A stretch of 64,000 nucleotides of DNA. Origin: Anditalea sp. (GTDB taxonomy: Bacteria > Bacteroidota > Bacteroidia > Cytophagales > Cyclobacteriaceae). This document shows positions 56,637 through 64,000 of the stretch, piece by piece (position 1 is the first letter of the stretch; every line of letters begins with the position of its first letter). The DNA is taken from contig JBBDSC010000217.1 of assembly GCA_040905145.1 (NCBI GenBank), forward strand, positions 6,935 to 70,934, given 5' to 3'. The notes beneath the pieces are model-generated. The model saw nothing but the letters and a program-made list of their open reading frames with translations, searched no databases and was not told the origin of the DNA. The position numbers were made by a program, and so were the translations under genes.

Positions 56637-57653
56637 TTATCCAAGCAAATGCAAAGTTAAAATTTCTTCAGGCTCCAATCCCCTTTTCAAATGCTTAAAC
56701 CTGATAGCCGCTTTTTTGCTTTCCACCGCCAGATCTTTTGCCTCTACGGCAGCTAAGATGGTGGGGTGTATATAGTAGGTCTTACAAATACTAACGGTGT
56801 TGCCCAACTTCTCAGCAACCAAATTGACCAAGATGTTTTCCAGTTTTTTCCTTGGATTTGCTTCCAATACCTTCTCCGCCTCTTCCTTAAAGGAAACTGT
56901 AAGTACTGACCCCGCCCAGGTCCTGAAATCTTTGGCGGAAAACTCAGCCCCTGTAATTTCCCTCAGGTAACTGTTAACATCTTCGCTAAGTAAATTGCAG
57001 TAGCACTTGGTCTCTTCGTCATAATACCGGAATATCTCATGCCCGGGAAGATCCATACATTCCTTGATAAGGGGGACCAGTTCTTCATCTTCCAATATTA
57101 CTTTCCTGAATTTGCCACTTTTGGCTTTATATTCAAAAGTCGCCATGCCTTCATTCAAATGGACATGTTTTCTCCTCAGAGTCGACAGTCCATAGGTTCC
57201 GTTGTTTTTTGCATAACATACATTTCCTATCCTGATAAACAATTCATCCAGGATCATCACCATTAAAGCCAACATCTTATTGCGGGGCCATCCGCTCAAC
57301 TGTAAATCTTTGGAGGCCCTGGCCCTGATCGCTGGAAGGGCCTGGCCAAAAAACCTGAGCCGTTGATATTTTGAATTTTGTCGATAATCCACCCAGTGCC
57401 GATGATATATGTACTGTTTTCTTCCTTTTAAGTCAATGCCCGTAACTTGTATATGTCCTTTAGGATCTTTTGTAATCCAAACATTTTCCCACATCGGGGG
57501 AATCACCAGTTCTTCGATCCTTGAAAGCGTCTGCTTTGCGGTAACTATTTTCCCATTGGGGAATTGATATATAAACCCTTTACCACATTTCTTACGAAGG
57601 ATCCCAGGTTTTTCCTGGTTGGTATAATTCAAATTAGAGGGAAGTAAATCCAT
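56637..57653 (-). CDS. DNA topoisomerase IB (bacterial poxvirus-like type)
   Basis: 338 aa. RKQYIYH, DFRTWAGSV and the C-terminal SICKTYYIHP (active-site Tyr region) are present. Confidence 0.85.
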   Translation of the reverse strand: MDLLPSNLNYTNQEKPGILRKKCGKGFIYQFPNGKIVTAKQTLSRIEELVIPPMWENVWITKDPKGHIQVTGIDLKGRKQYIYHRHWVDYRQNSKYQRLRFFGQALPAIRARASKDLQLSGWPRNKMLALMVMILDELFIRIGNVCYAKNNGTYGLSTLRRKHVHLNEGMATFEYKAKSGKFRKVILEDEELVPLIKECMDLPGHEIFRYYDEETKCYCNLLSEDVNSYLREITGAEFSAKDFRTWAGSVLTVSFKEEAEKVLEANPRKKLENILVNLVAEKLGNTVSICKTYYIHPTILAAVEAKDLAVESKKAAIRFKHLKRGLEPEEILTLHLLG

Positions 57654-57745
57654 GTTGTTAGTTTTGAGAATATAAACTCAAAAGAAAACGATTTGGTTGC
57701 TCATTTCAATAATATACCTTATAAATTTGAGCGTGAAACCTATAA

Positions 57746-57809
57746 ACCACAGAGTTTACAGAGACCACAGAGTTTTTTTTTCTCTGTGGTCCTCCGTGAA
57801 CTCTGTGGT
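57746..57809. repeat. Long near-perfect inverted repeat (27/28-nt arms, T9 loop) of the CACAGAG word family
   Basis: The left arm AACCACAGAGTTTACAGAGACCACAGAG, a T9 loop and the right arm CTCTGTGGTCCTCCGTGAACTCTGTGGT lie between the topIB and tadA starts. Confidence 0.75.
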
Positions 57810-57820
57810 AAAAAACATTT

Positions 57821-58264
57821 ATGGAACTATACAGTGATGAGTATTTTATGAACGAAGCCTTTAAACAGGCCCAAATAGCCTTTGAAGAAGGGGAAATTCC
57901 TGTAGGGGCGGTTATTGTTTGTAGGAATAAAATCATTGCCAGGGCTTATAACCAAACTGAAAAGCTGTCCGATGTTACCGCACATGCAGAAATTCTCGCC
58001 ATCACTGCCGCATCATCTGGGTTAGGTTTCAAGTATTTAAATGAATGCAAACTGTATGTGACCCTTGAGCCTTGTGTGATGTGTGCAGGAGCTTGTTTTT
58101 GGGCCCAACTCGGTGAAATTCATTTTGCCGCCAAGGATCCAAAAAGAGGCTTTAGTAGGATCAGGGAACCTCTGCTCCATTCAAAAACAAAAATCAGCCA
58201 AGGGATTATGGCAGCAGCCTCCAAAGCAATTTTGGATGAATTTTTCAGAGAATTGAGAAAATAA
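57821..58264 (+). CDS. tadA: tRNA adenosine(34) deaminase
   Basis: The zinc-ligand motifs HAEILAI and PCVMCAGA are present. Length is 147 aa. Confidence 0.9.
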   Translation: MELYSDEYFMNEAFKQAQIAFEEGEIPVGAVIVCRNKIIARAYNQTEKLSDVTAHAEILAITAASSGLGFKYLNECKLYVTLEPCVMCAGACFWAQLGEIHFAAKDPKRGFSRIREPLLHSKTKISQGIMAAASKAILDEFFRELRK

Positions 58265-58368
58265 AAACTAAATTCAATTTTTAGAACCATTTGCCTTTAT
58301 TTCTGGTTTGTAAAACGTGCATTCGCACCAAATCTATTTCATGTTTCACTTTAAACTTTCATTTAACA

Positions 58369-58977
58369 ATGGCTTTTGAACTACCACAATTACCTTACGA
58401 TTTTAATGCATTGGATCCACATATCGATGCAAAGACGATGGAAATCCATCATGGAAAGCACCACAATGCTTATGTAACCAAATTGAACGACGCTATTAAA
58501 GGCTCTGAGTTAGAGGGAAAAAGTCTGGATGAATTAATGAAAAGTATCTCTTCCGCTCCAACAGCCGTAAGAAACAACGGAGGAGGACATTATAATCACT
58601 CCCTGTTTTGGACCGTCTTGTCCCCTAATGGTGGTGGCGAACCTTCCGGCGAACTGGCTGAAGCAATCAACAGTAAGTTTGGTTCCTTTGCTGCGTTTAA
58701 AGAGGAATTTGATAAAGCTGCGGCCACCAGATTTGGCTCAGGTTGGGCCTGGCTTACCGTAGACAGTTCGGGACAACTCCAGGTTTCCTCTACTCCCAAC
58801 CAGGATAATCCTGTAATGGATGTTGCTGAGGTTCAAGGTACCCCTGTTCTTGGATTGGACGTATGGGAGCATGCCTACTACCTTAAATATCAAAACAAGA
58901 GACCAGAATACATTAGTGCCTTCTGGAATGTAGTAAACTGGGAGGAAGTAAATAAAAGATATGCTGCGGTAAAATAA
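58369..58977 (+). CDS. Fe/Mn superoxide dismutase
   Basis: The start is set at the ATG at 58369 ([10 protein letters not shown]). HHGKHH and DVWEHAYY are present. Confidence 0.9.
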   Translation: MAFELPQLPYDFNALDPHIDAKTMEIHHGKHHNAYVTKLNDAIKGSELEGKSLDELMKSISSAPTAVRNNGGGHYNHSLFWTVLSPNGGGEPSGELAEAINSKFGSFAAFKEEFDKAAATRFGSGWAWLTVDSSGQLQVSSTPNQDNPVMDVAEVQGTPVLGLDVWEHAYYLKYQNKRPEYISAFWNVVNWEEVNKRYAAVK

Positions 58978-59000
58978 TTTTCAATAGAAAATTCTTTATA

Positions 59001-59040
59001 AAAGTCTCTTGGTTGAAAAATCAAGGGACTTTTATTTTTT
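59001..59040 (+). terminator. Rho-independent-type terminator after the SOD gene
   Basis: The stem AAAGTCTCTTG / CAAGGGACTTT has one mismatch and is followed by TATTTTTT. Confidence 0.6.
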
Positions 59041-59205
59041 AAAAGACTTGTATTGTTAACGAACAGAAAATATGTTCGATTATGATACAGCACCAACTTT
59101 CCTTGTAAGTATAAAGATGCTCTGCATCAATAGGTTACACAAATCCATAAGCTTGGCACCCATTTTTCATAGAAGATTTGCATAACTTATTGAAATCCAA
59201 TCATT

Positions 59206-61638
59206 ATGAAAGTCCCCCATCAAATTTCCGTTACTCTTTTTCTTTTCTTCTTGGGCATGAGCCATGTCGTGGCGCAGGAGAAAAGTACCTTATTGGGTCA
59301 GGTGAAAGAATCCAGCGGCAATGGCCTACCTTATGCCAACATTGCCCTTATTGAACAAAACAGCGGCAATCTAATCTCCGGCGCTGTTTCCGATGAAAGC
59401 GGAAAATTTGTGATCACTACAGCAAAATCTGGAAAAGTCATTTTATCCATTTCCAGCATTGGCTTTATTACCTTGGAATCTGAGGTCATAGAACTCAGAC
59501 CAGGTATCAAAAAAGATTTGGGTACCATGGAAATAAAGGAAGAAATATCATCCCTGGAAGAGGTAACGGTTCATTCCTCAAAACCTGATATCATTATAGA
59601 AGCAGATAGGACCATTGTCAATATTGAAGGTACAGTGATGGCGGAGGGAAACACTGCGCTGGACGTCATTGGAAGATCTCCTGGAGTCTATGTAGATGCG
59701 GATGGGAAAATCAACCTTAACGGCCGTTCAGGAGTCATTGTATTGATCGATGACCGGCAGACTTATATGAGTGCCGAAGACTTGGCCAACTTCCTTCGCG
59801 CCATGCCTGCTGACAATATCAAAACTATTGAAGTGATTAACAATCCCCCTGCAAAGTTTGATGCGGAAGGGGCAGCGGGCGTATTGAACCTTAAACTGAA
59901 GAAAAATACCTATAACGGAACCAATGGAAGTATACAAATAGGGAACCAGTACAATGGTCTGTATGCACCATTTGCCGGAACCACCATAAATATGAAGCGG
60001 GGCAAATGGACCAGCAACGCCAGCTTAAATTACAATGAATGGGCAAGATTTTTAGATTTGGACATCTTCAGAAGGTTTCAATTGGATAACGGCTTGTCGG
60101 AATTTGATCAAACCGCACGCTTGAAACTGGTCAGAAAAAACCTTTTCTTCTCTGGAGGGGCCGATTATCAAATCAACGATAAGCATAGTATAGGCATTAA
60201 CCTTCAAGCCTCCAACCAAAATGGTACGGAAGACGGAAACTCTCTTACCCATATCTCTAATCCAGGCACCACAGACATAAATTTTTTGAACGCCATTAAT
60301 GACAGCGAATCGGACAACCAAAGGATATTTACTAACTTTCATTACGTGGGCAATCTGGACACACTTGGAACAAAGATCTCGGCTGACCTGGATTTTACCA
60401 CCATGGATGTGGGAAGCCTTAGCTTATTAAACAACCAATATTGGGTCAATTACGGGCAATCCAACGAAACCAAGGATAGGATACTGACAGGTAATGAGAT
60501 GAGTTATACCATTTACACGGCCAAAACGGATTTCAACAAGCCATTTGGAAAAGGCAAAATGCTGGAAGCCGGCCTGAAAGGAAGCTGGGTAAAATCTGAC
60601 AACAATCTGGAAATATCAAAAAGCGTGGAAGAAGAACCATTTATGCCCGATGCAAACAGCAATGAGTTTATTTATCATGAAAATGTCCTGGCCGCCTATG
60701 CCTCCTATAAATCCCCGATCAGCGAAAAACTGAACTTCCAGGTTGGATTAAGAGCCGAATATTCAGACATCACCGGAAACTCTGTAACCTCCAACCAAAT
60801 TAATACCCAGGAATACGCAGACTTGTTCCCCAGCATTTACCTCCAACACAAGGTGAGTGACAAATACCAGATCAATTATAATGTTAACAGAAGGATTACC
60901 CGTCCAAATTATAGATTACTAAACCCCTTTGTATTTTATATAGATCCTTTGACAACCGAAGAAGGAAACCCACATTTAAAACCTCAGTACGCAAATAATA
61001 TAGAAATGAGCCATGTATTAAAAGAAATTTATCAGTTTACCTTAAGCTATTCCAGGACCACCGATGCCTTTGGGCAGGTGATGGTTCAGGAAGAAGAATC
61101 CCGTAAATCCACTATTCAAATGCAGAATTTTGATAGAACAGAAAATCTTAGCTTAAGAATGATGATTCCTGTAGAAATAGCCAAATGGTGGAACACCAGC
61201 AATATGATCCACTTGTACAACAATAAATACTACTCAATGCTTGAAGAAGAATTACTGGACAATTCGCAGTTCTCCTACATGGCAAGGACACAGCATAACA
61301 TTACCCTGCCAGAAGGGTTCAAGGTGGAAATAGTGGGAGTGTACCGCAGCCCCTTTATCGACGGTCAAATCAAAATACAAGGAATGGGCTGGATGGATGC
61401 CGGGGTGACCAAGACTTTTATGGAGGATAAGCTAAGCCTTACGGTCAACGGAACGGATATCTTCAGGACCCAGAGGTTCAAGGGAAATATCAACTTTGAT
61501 AAGATCAATACCGATATCCAACAGTATAACAACAACCAAGGAATCCGGGTAACTCTAAGATGGAAATTTTCTCAAGGCGAAAAGTTCAATGTTTCCGAGA
61601 GAAACGGAAGCTCTGAAGAAAGGAGAAGGCTCGACTAA
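59206..61638 (+). CDS. TonB-dependent receptor / outer-membrane beta-barrel family protein (non-SusC type)
   Basis: 810 aa. A signal peptide is followed by a CarboxypepD_reg-like segment (GQVKESSGNGLPYANIAL), a plug-like region and a long barrel. Confidence 0.75.
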   Translation: MKVPHQISVTLFLFFLGMSHVVAQEKSTLLGQVKESSGNGLPYANIALIEQNSGNLISGAVSDESGKFVITTAKSGKVILSISSIGFITLESEVIELRPGIKKDLGTMEIKEEISSLEEVTVHSSKPDIIIEADRTIVNIEGTVMAEGNTALDVIGRSPGVYVDADGKINLNGRSGVIVLIDDRQTYMSAEDLANFLRAMPADNIKTIEVINNPPAKFDAEGAAGVLNLKLKKNTYNGTNGSIQIGNQYNGLYAPFAGTTINMKRGKWTSNASLNYNEWARFLDLDIFRRFQLDNGLSEFDQTARLKLVRKNLFFSGGADYQINDKHSIGINLQASNQNGTEDGNSLTHISNPGTTDINFLNAINDSESDNQRIFTNFHYVGNLDTLGTKISADLDFTTMDVGSLSLLNNQYWVNYGQSNETKDRILTGNEMSYTIYTAKTDFNKPFGKGKMLEAGLKGSWVKSDNNLEISKSVEEEPFMPDANSNEFIYHENVLAAYASYKSPISEKLNFQVGLRAEYSDITGNSVTSNQINTQEYADLFPSIYLQHKVSDKYQINYNVNRRITRPNYRLLNPFVFYIDPLTTEEGNPHLKPQYANNIEMSHVLKEIYQFTLSYSRTTDAFGQVMVQEEESRKSTIQMQNFDRTENLSLRMMIPVEIAKWWNTSNMIHLYNNKYYSMLEEELLDNSQFSYMARTQHNITLPEGFKVEIVGVYRSPFIDGQIKIQGMGWMDAGVTKTFMEDKLSLTVNGTDIFRTQRFKGNINFDKINTDIQQYNNNQGIRVTLRWKFSQGEKFNVSERNGSSEERRRLD

Positions 61639-61647
61639 TGATTTTGG

Positions 61648-62112
61648 TTATGAAAAATGATATAAAAAAATCAGGCCTGCAATAAAGGCTGGTTTTTTCT
61701 GCCCTTTAATTTCCAGCTTAACTTTCATTTCTGTTTTGACGGTGCCCCTGAGGTCAGTAATGTTGTCCAGTGAAGCATGTAACCTTACCTCATCATTTAC
61801 CAAAACAGGTTGAGCAAATTTCAGGCTGTCAATGCCATAATTTACCATCATTTTCAGGTTGTTGACCTTTACGATTTGTTCCCAGAGGAAAGGGACAATG
61901 GAAAGGGTCAAATAGCCATGGGCAATGGTACTGCCAAAGGCCCCTTCTTTCTTGGCCCGAGCAGGGTCGGTGTGGATCCACTGGTGATCCAAGGTCGCCT
62001 CTGCAAAAAGATTAATCTGATCCTGGGTAATGGTATGGAATTCAGATACTCCCAGTTCTTTTCCAATGTACTTTTGAAATTCTTCAAAACTGCCTATAAC
62101 CAGCTGACTCAT
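61648..62112 (-). CDS. MaoC-like (hotdog fold) dehydratase
   Basis: The start is set at the ATG at 62112 (MSQLVIGSFEEF). The protein is 154 aa with a TIAHGYLTLSI block. Confidence 0.75.
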   Translation of the reverse strand: MSQLVIGSFEEFQKYIGKELGVSEFHTITQDQINLFAEATLDHQWIHTDPARAKKEGAFGSTIAHGYLTLSIVPFLWEQIVKVNNLKMMVNYGIDSLKFAQPVLVNDEVRLHASLDNITDLRGTVKTEMKVKLEIKGQKKPAFIAGLIFLYHFS

Positions 62113-62269
62113 ATGGGTGGGTTTTAACGTTTCAAGATATACAAATAAAATAAGGAAAGAAACCATACAAAAAGAAAACCCATTTTAATGGAGGGCTCTC
62201 CAAATTGCTTTTTTCGGCTATTAAATTCCTGCTGATTCTTCAATGTATTTGACACCAACATGATAGGGT

Positions 62270-63805
62270 TTAATGCATGCCTTCATCTTCCTCATCATCA
62301 AAATCATCCGGGGAACCCATATCAAACATACTGCTGAAGAGGTCTTTGAACTGCATACCCGTATCCAACAGTTTTTTGCTCAACTGACTGAATTCCGCCA
62401 ATCCATGTAGGGCAAACTCCATGAAAAACTCCTTTTCCTTTTCCGGAAGTTGCTTTACAAAATCTGTGACGATTTTCTCGAGTCCAGGTACATTATGCAA
62501 CGTGGTTTTATATTCCTTATCACTTTGGGAAGCCAAAATGTCCAGATTATTTCCTTCCCCAAACCAAGCTAATGACAAAATATAGGGATTGACTTCCCTT
62601 TCTTTCTTTTTCTGTTCCGGAGAAGGAAAATACTCTGTAAATAAAGTCCTGATAGCTTTTCCAATCAGCGTATAGGCAACAATACCAGCACCCTCCTGTT
62701 CTCCTTCATAAACCAGCTCTACTTTACCGGTAATAGCAGGAATAATGCCGATCAAATCCGCAATCCTTACGACTGTATTGTTCTCTTCATTGAGATAGAT
62801 CCTCCTCTCTGCGGCAGAAAGAAGATTTTCATAGGCAGAAATTGTCAGGCGTGCGGATACCCCACTTTTCTCATCCACATATTCACTGGCCCTAGCTTCC
62901 ACGGCTATCTGTTCAATGAGATCTTTCATTAGCTCAGGGACATGGATCTTATCTATAGGCCTCTCATTTATCTTCACTTCCTGGGCGGTAATTTTTTTCC
63001 CGATCCTGATATTTTTAGGGTAATGGGTGATGATCTGCGATTCAATCCTGTCCTTCAAAGGAGTAACAATACTGCCCCTATTGGTATAATCTTCGGGGTT
63101 GGCAGTAAAGACAAATTGAATATCCAAAGGCAGCCTCATTTTAAATCCTCTAATCTGAATATCCCCTTCCTGCAGAATATTGAAAAGTGCCACCTGTATC
63201 CTTGCCTGTAAATCCGGCAGCTCATTGATTACAAAAATAGAGCGATGGGACCGGGGCACCAATCCATAGTGGATTACCCGCTCATCATTATAGGAAAGCT
63301 TCATGGTCGCCGCTTTAATGGGATCCACATCACCTATTAAATCCGCCACTGAAACATCCGGGGTAGCCAGCTTTTCGGTATACCGGTCATTTCTGTGCCA
63401 CCAAATCACCGGGGTTTTATCCCCCTTTTCCACAATTAGTTCCTTTGAATAGGTGGAAAGTGGCTGTAAAGGATCATCATTTAGTTCCGACCCTTTCACC
63501 ACCGGTACATATTCATCCAGAAGATGGGTCATCATCCGGGCAATCCTCGTCTTAGCCTGCCCCCTCAGTCCCAATAAATTGATATTATGCCTGGAAAGAA
63601 TAGCCCTTTCTATGTCCGGGATGACGGTGTCTTCAAAGCCCCAGATACCTTCAAATGCATTTTCCTTTCGCTGAATCTTTTGGATCAGATTCTGGCGGAG
63701 CTCTTCCTTTATGGACTTTGGCTGGTATCCCGCTGCTTTTAGCTCACCTAATGTATTAATTTTCAATAATTCCTTAGAGGCTAGTTTTCTATACTCCATA
63801 CTCAA
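62270..63805 (-). CDS. AAA+ ATPase of the Mg-chelatase ChlI-like type
   Basis: A Walker A-like motif (GLRGQAKT) and a Walker B-like motif (IFVINELPD) are present. The gene overlaps the upstream VWA-like gene by 4 nt. Confidence 0.65.
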   Translation of the reverse strand: MSMEYRKLASKELLKINTLGELKAAGYQPKSIKEELRQNLIQKIQRKENAFEGIWGFEDTVIPDIERAILSRHNINLLGLRGQAKTRIARMMTHLLDEYVPVVKGSELNDDPLQPLSTYSKELIVEKGDKTPVIWWHRNDRYTEKLATPDVSVADLIGDVDPIKAATMKLSYNDERVIHYGLVPRSHRSIFVINELPDLQARIQVALFNILQEGDIQIRGFKMRLPLDIQFVFTANPEDYTNRGSIVTPLKDRIESQIITHYPKNIRIGKKITAQEVKINERPIDKIHVPELMKDLIEQIAVEARASEYVDEKSGVSARLTISAYENLLSAAERRIYLNEENNTVVRIADLIGIIPAITGKVELVYEGEQEGAGIVAYTLIGKAIRTLFTEYFPSPEQKKKEREVNPYILSLAWFGEGNNLDILASQSDKEYKTTLHNVPGLEKIVTDFVKQLPEKEKEFFMEFALHGLAEFSQLSKKLLDTGMQFKDLFSSMFDMGSPDDFDDEEDEGMH

Positions 63806-64000
63806 AACCGTTTTGTTCTGTTTCTTCTGTAATCTTCAAAAATCAAGTCGCCCAAACCTTTCAGGCTACTGTAATAGGCATTTCCATTGTTTACTTTTGT
63901 AAACTCTTTGACAAATTCTTTCAGATAGGGATCCGAAGCAATCATAAAGGTAGTGACAGGCACTTTAAGTTTTCTACATTGAGCCGCCAATTTTAAGGTC
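63802..64000 (-). CDS. C-terminal part of a probable VWA-domain partner protein (5' end outside window)
   Basis: The frame is open to the window edge and translationally coupled to the ATPase gene. Only about 65 codons are visible, so the family call is weak. Confidence 0.4.
   Translation of the reverse strand, partial: TLKLAAQCRKLKVPVTTFMIASDPYLKEFVKEFTKVNNGNAYYSSLKGLGDLIFEDYRRNRTKRF

Noticed and set aside
1-64000. tRNA, rRNA, tmRNA, RNase P, transposase or integrase genes.
   Set aside because: I scanned the intergenic regions for T-loop-like GGTTCGAATCC-type motifs and the ORF list for DDE or tyrosine-recombinase signatures. None was seen. A covariance-model scan is still needed for certainty.

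Overview
The gene content points to a Bacteroidota chromosome segment, probably Cytophagia or Cyclobacteriaceae-like (inference only). SusC/SusD loci, a hybrid two-component regulator, lipoprotein leaders and ThuA/DUF1080/PVC-type dehydrogenase families support this. I found no rRNA, tRNA, CRISPR array, transposase or integrase.

Layout:
- 1-5.2 kb: an M23 peptidase (5' partial), a giant SGNH/beta-propeller/HEAT/cytochrome-c protein and a small coiled-coil protein.
- 5.2-12 kb: an intact HTCS regulator, followed by remnants of a SusD, a damaged sulfatase and the first ~45 codons of a second HTCS.
- 12-29.6 kb: an intact SusC/SusD/DUF3823 locus. Its cargo is redox or eliminase-type enzymes (two ThuA, cupredoxin, Gfo/Idh/MocA, TIM-barrel isomerase, DUF1080, SASA esterase) with no recognisable glycoside hydrolase. 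An AT-rich type II restriction-modification island interrupts it at 25.4-27.2 kb.
- 29.7-32.7 kb: a GxxExxY gene bracketed by two copies of a palindromic repeat, a GH76 with a frameshifted signal peptide, and fragments of an ECF sigma factor, a SusD and possibly an amidase.
- 34-49 kb: an L-rhamnose catabolic module (esterase, FGGY kinase, RhaI, RhaEW), a C-terminally truncated orphan SusC, a Tat-Gfo/Idh/MocA plus GMC oxidoreductase pair, and lutABC.
- 49-64 kb: housekeeping and miscellaneous genes: DUF1801, two small OM barrels, an NCS1 permease with an AraR-like regulator, a PiT-like transporter, TopIB, tadA, SOD, a TonB-dependent receptor, MaoC and an AAA+/VWA pair.

Three themes stand out:
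- a glycoside-hydrolase-free, oxidative-looking PUL;
- an unusually high density of gene remnants and deletion scars, at least ten in 64 kb;
- a family of word-built palindromic intergenic repeats, some of which sit exactly at breakpoints.

All functional calls come from reading the translated ORFs by eye. No database search was run.
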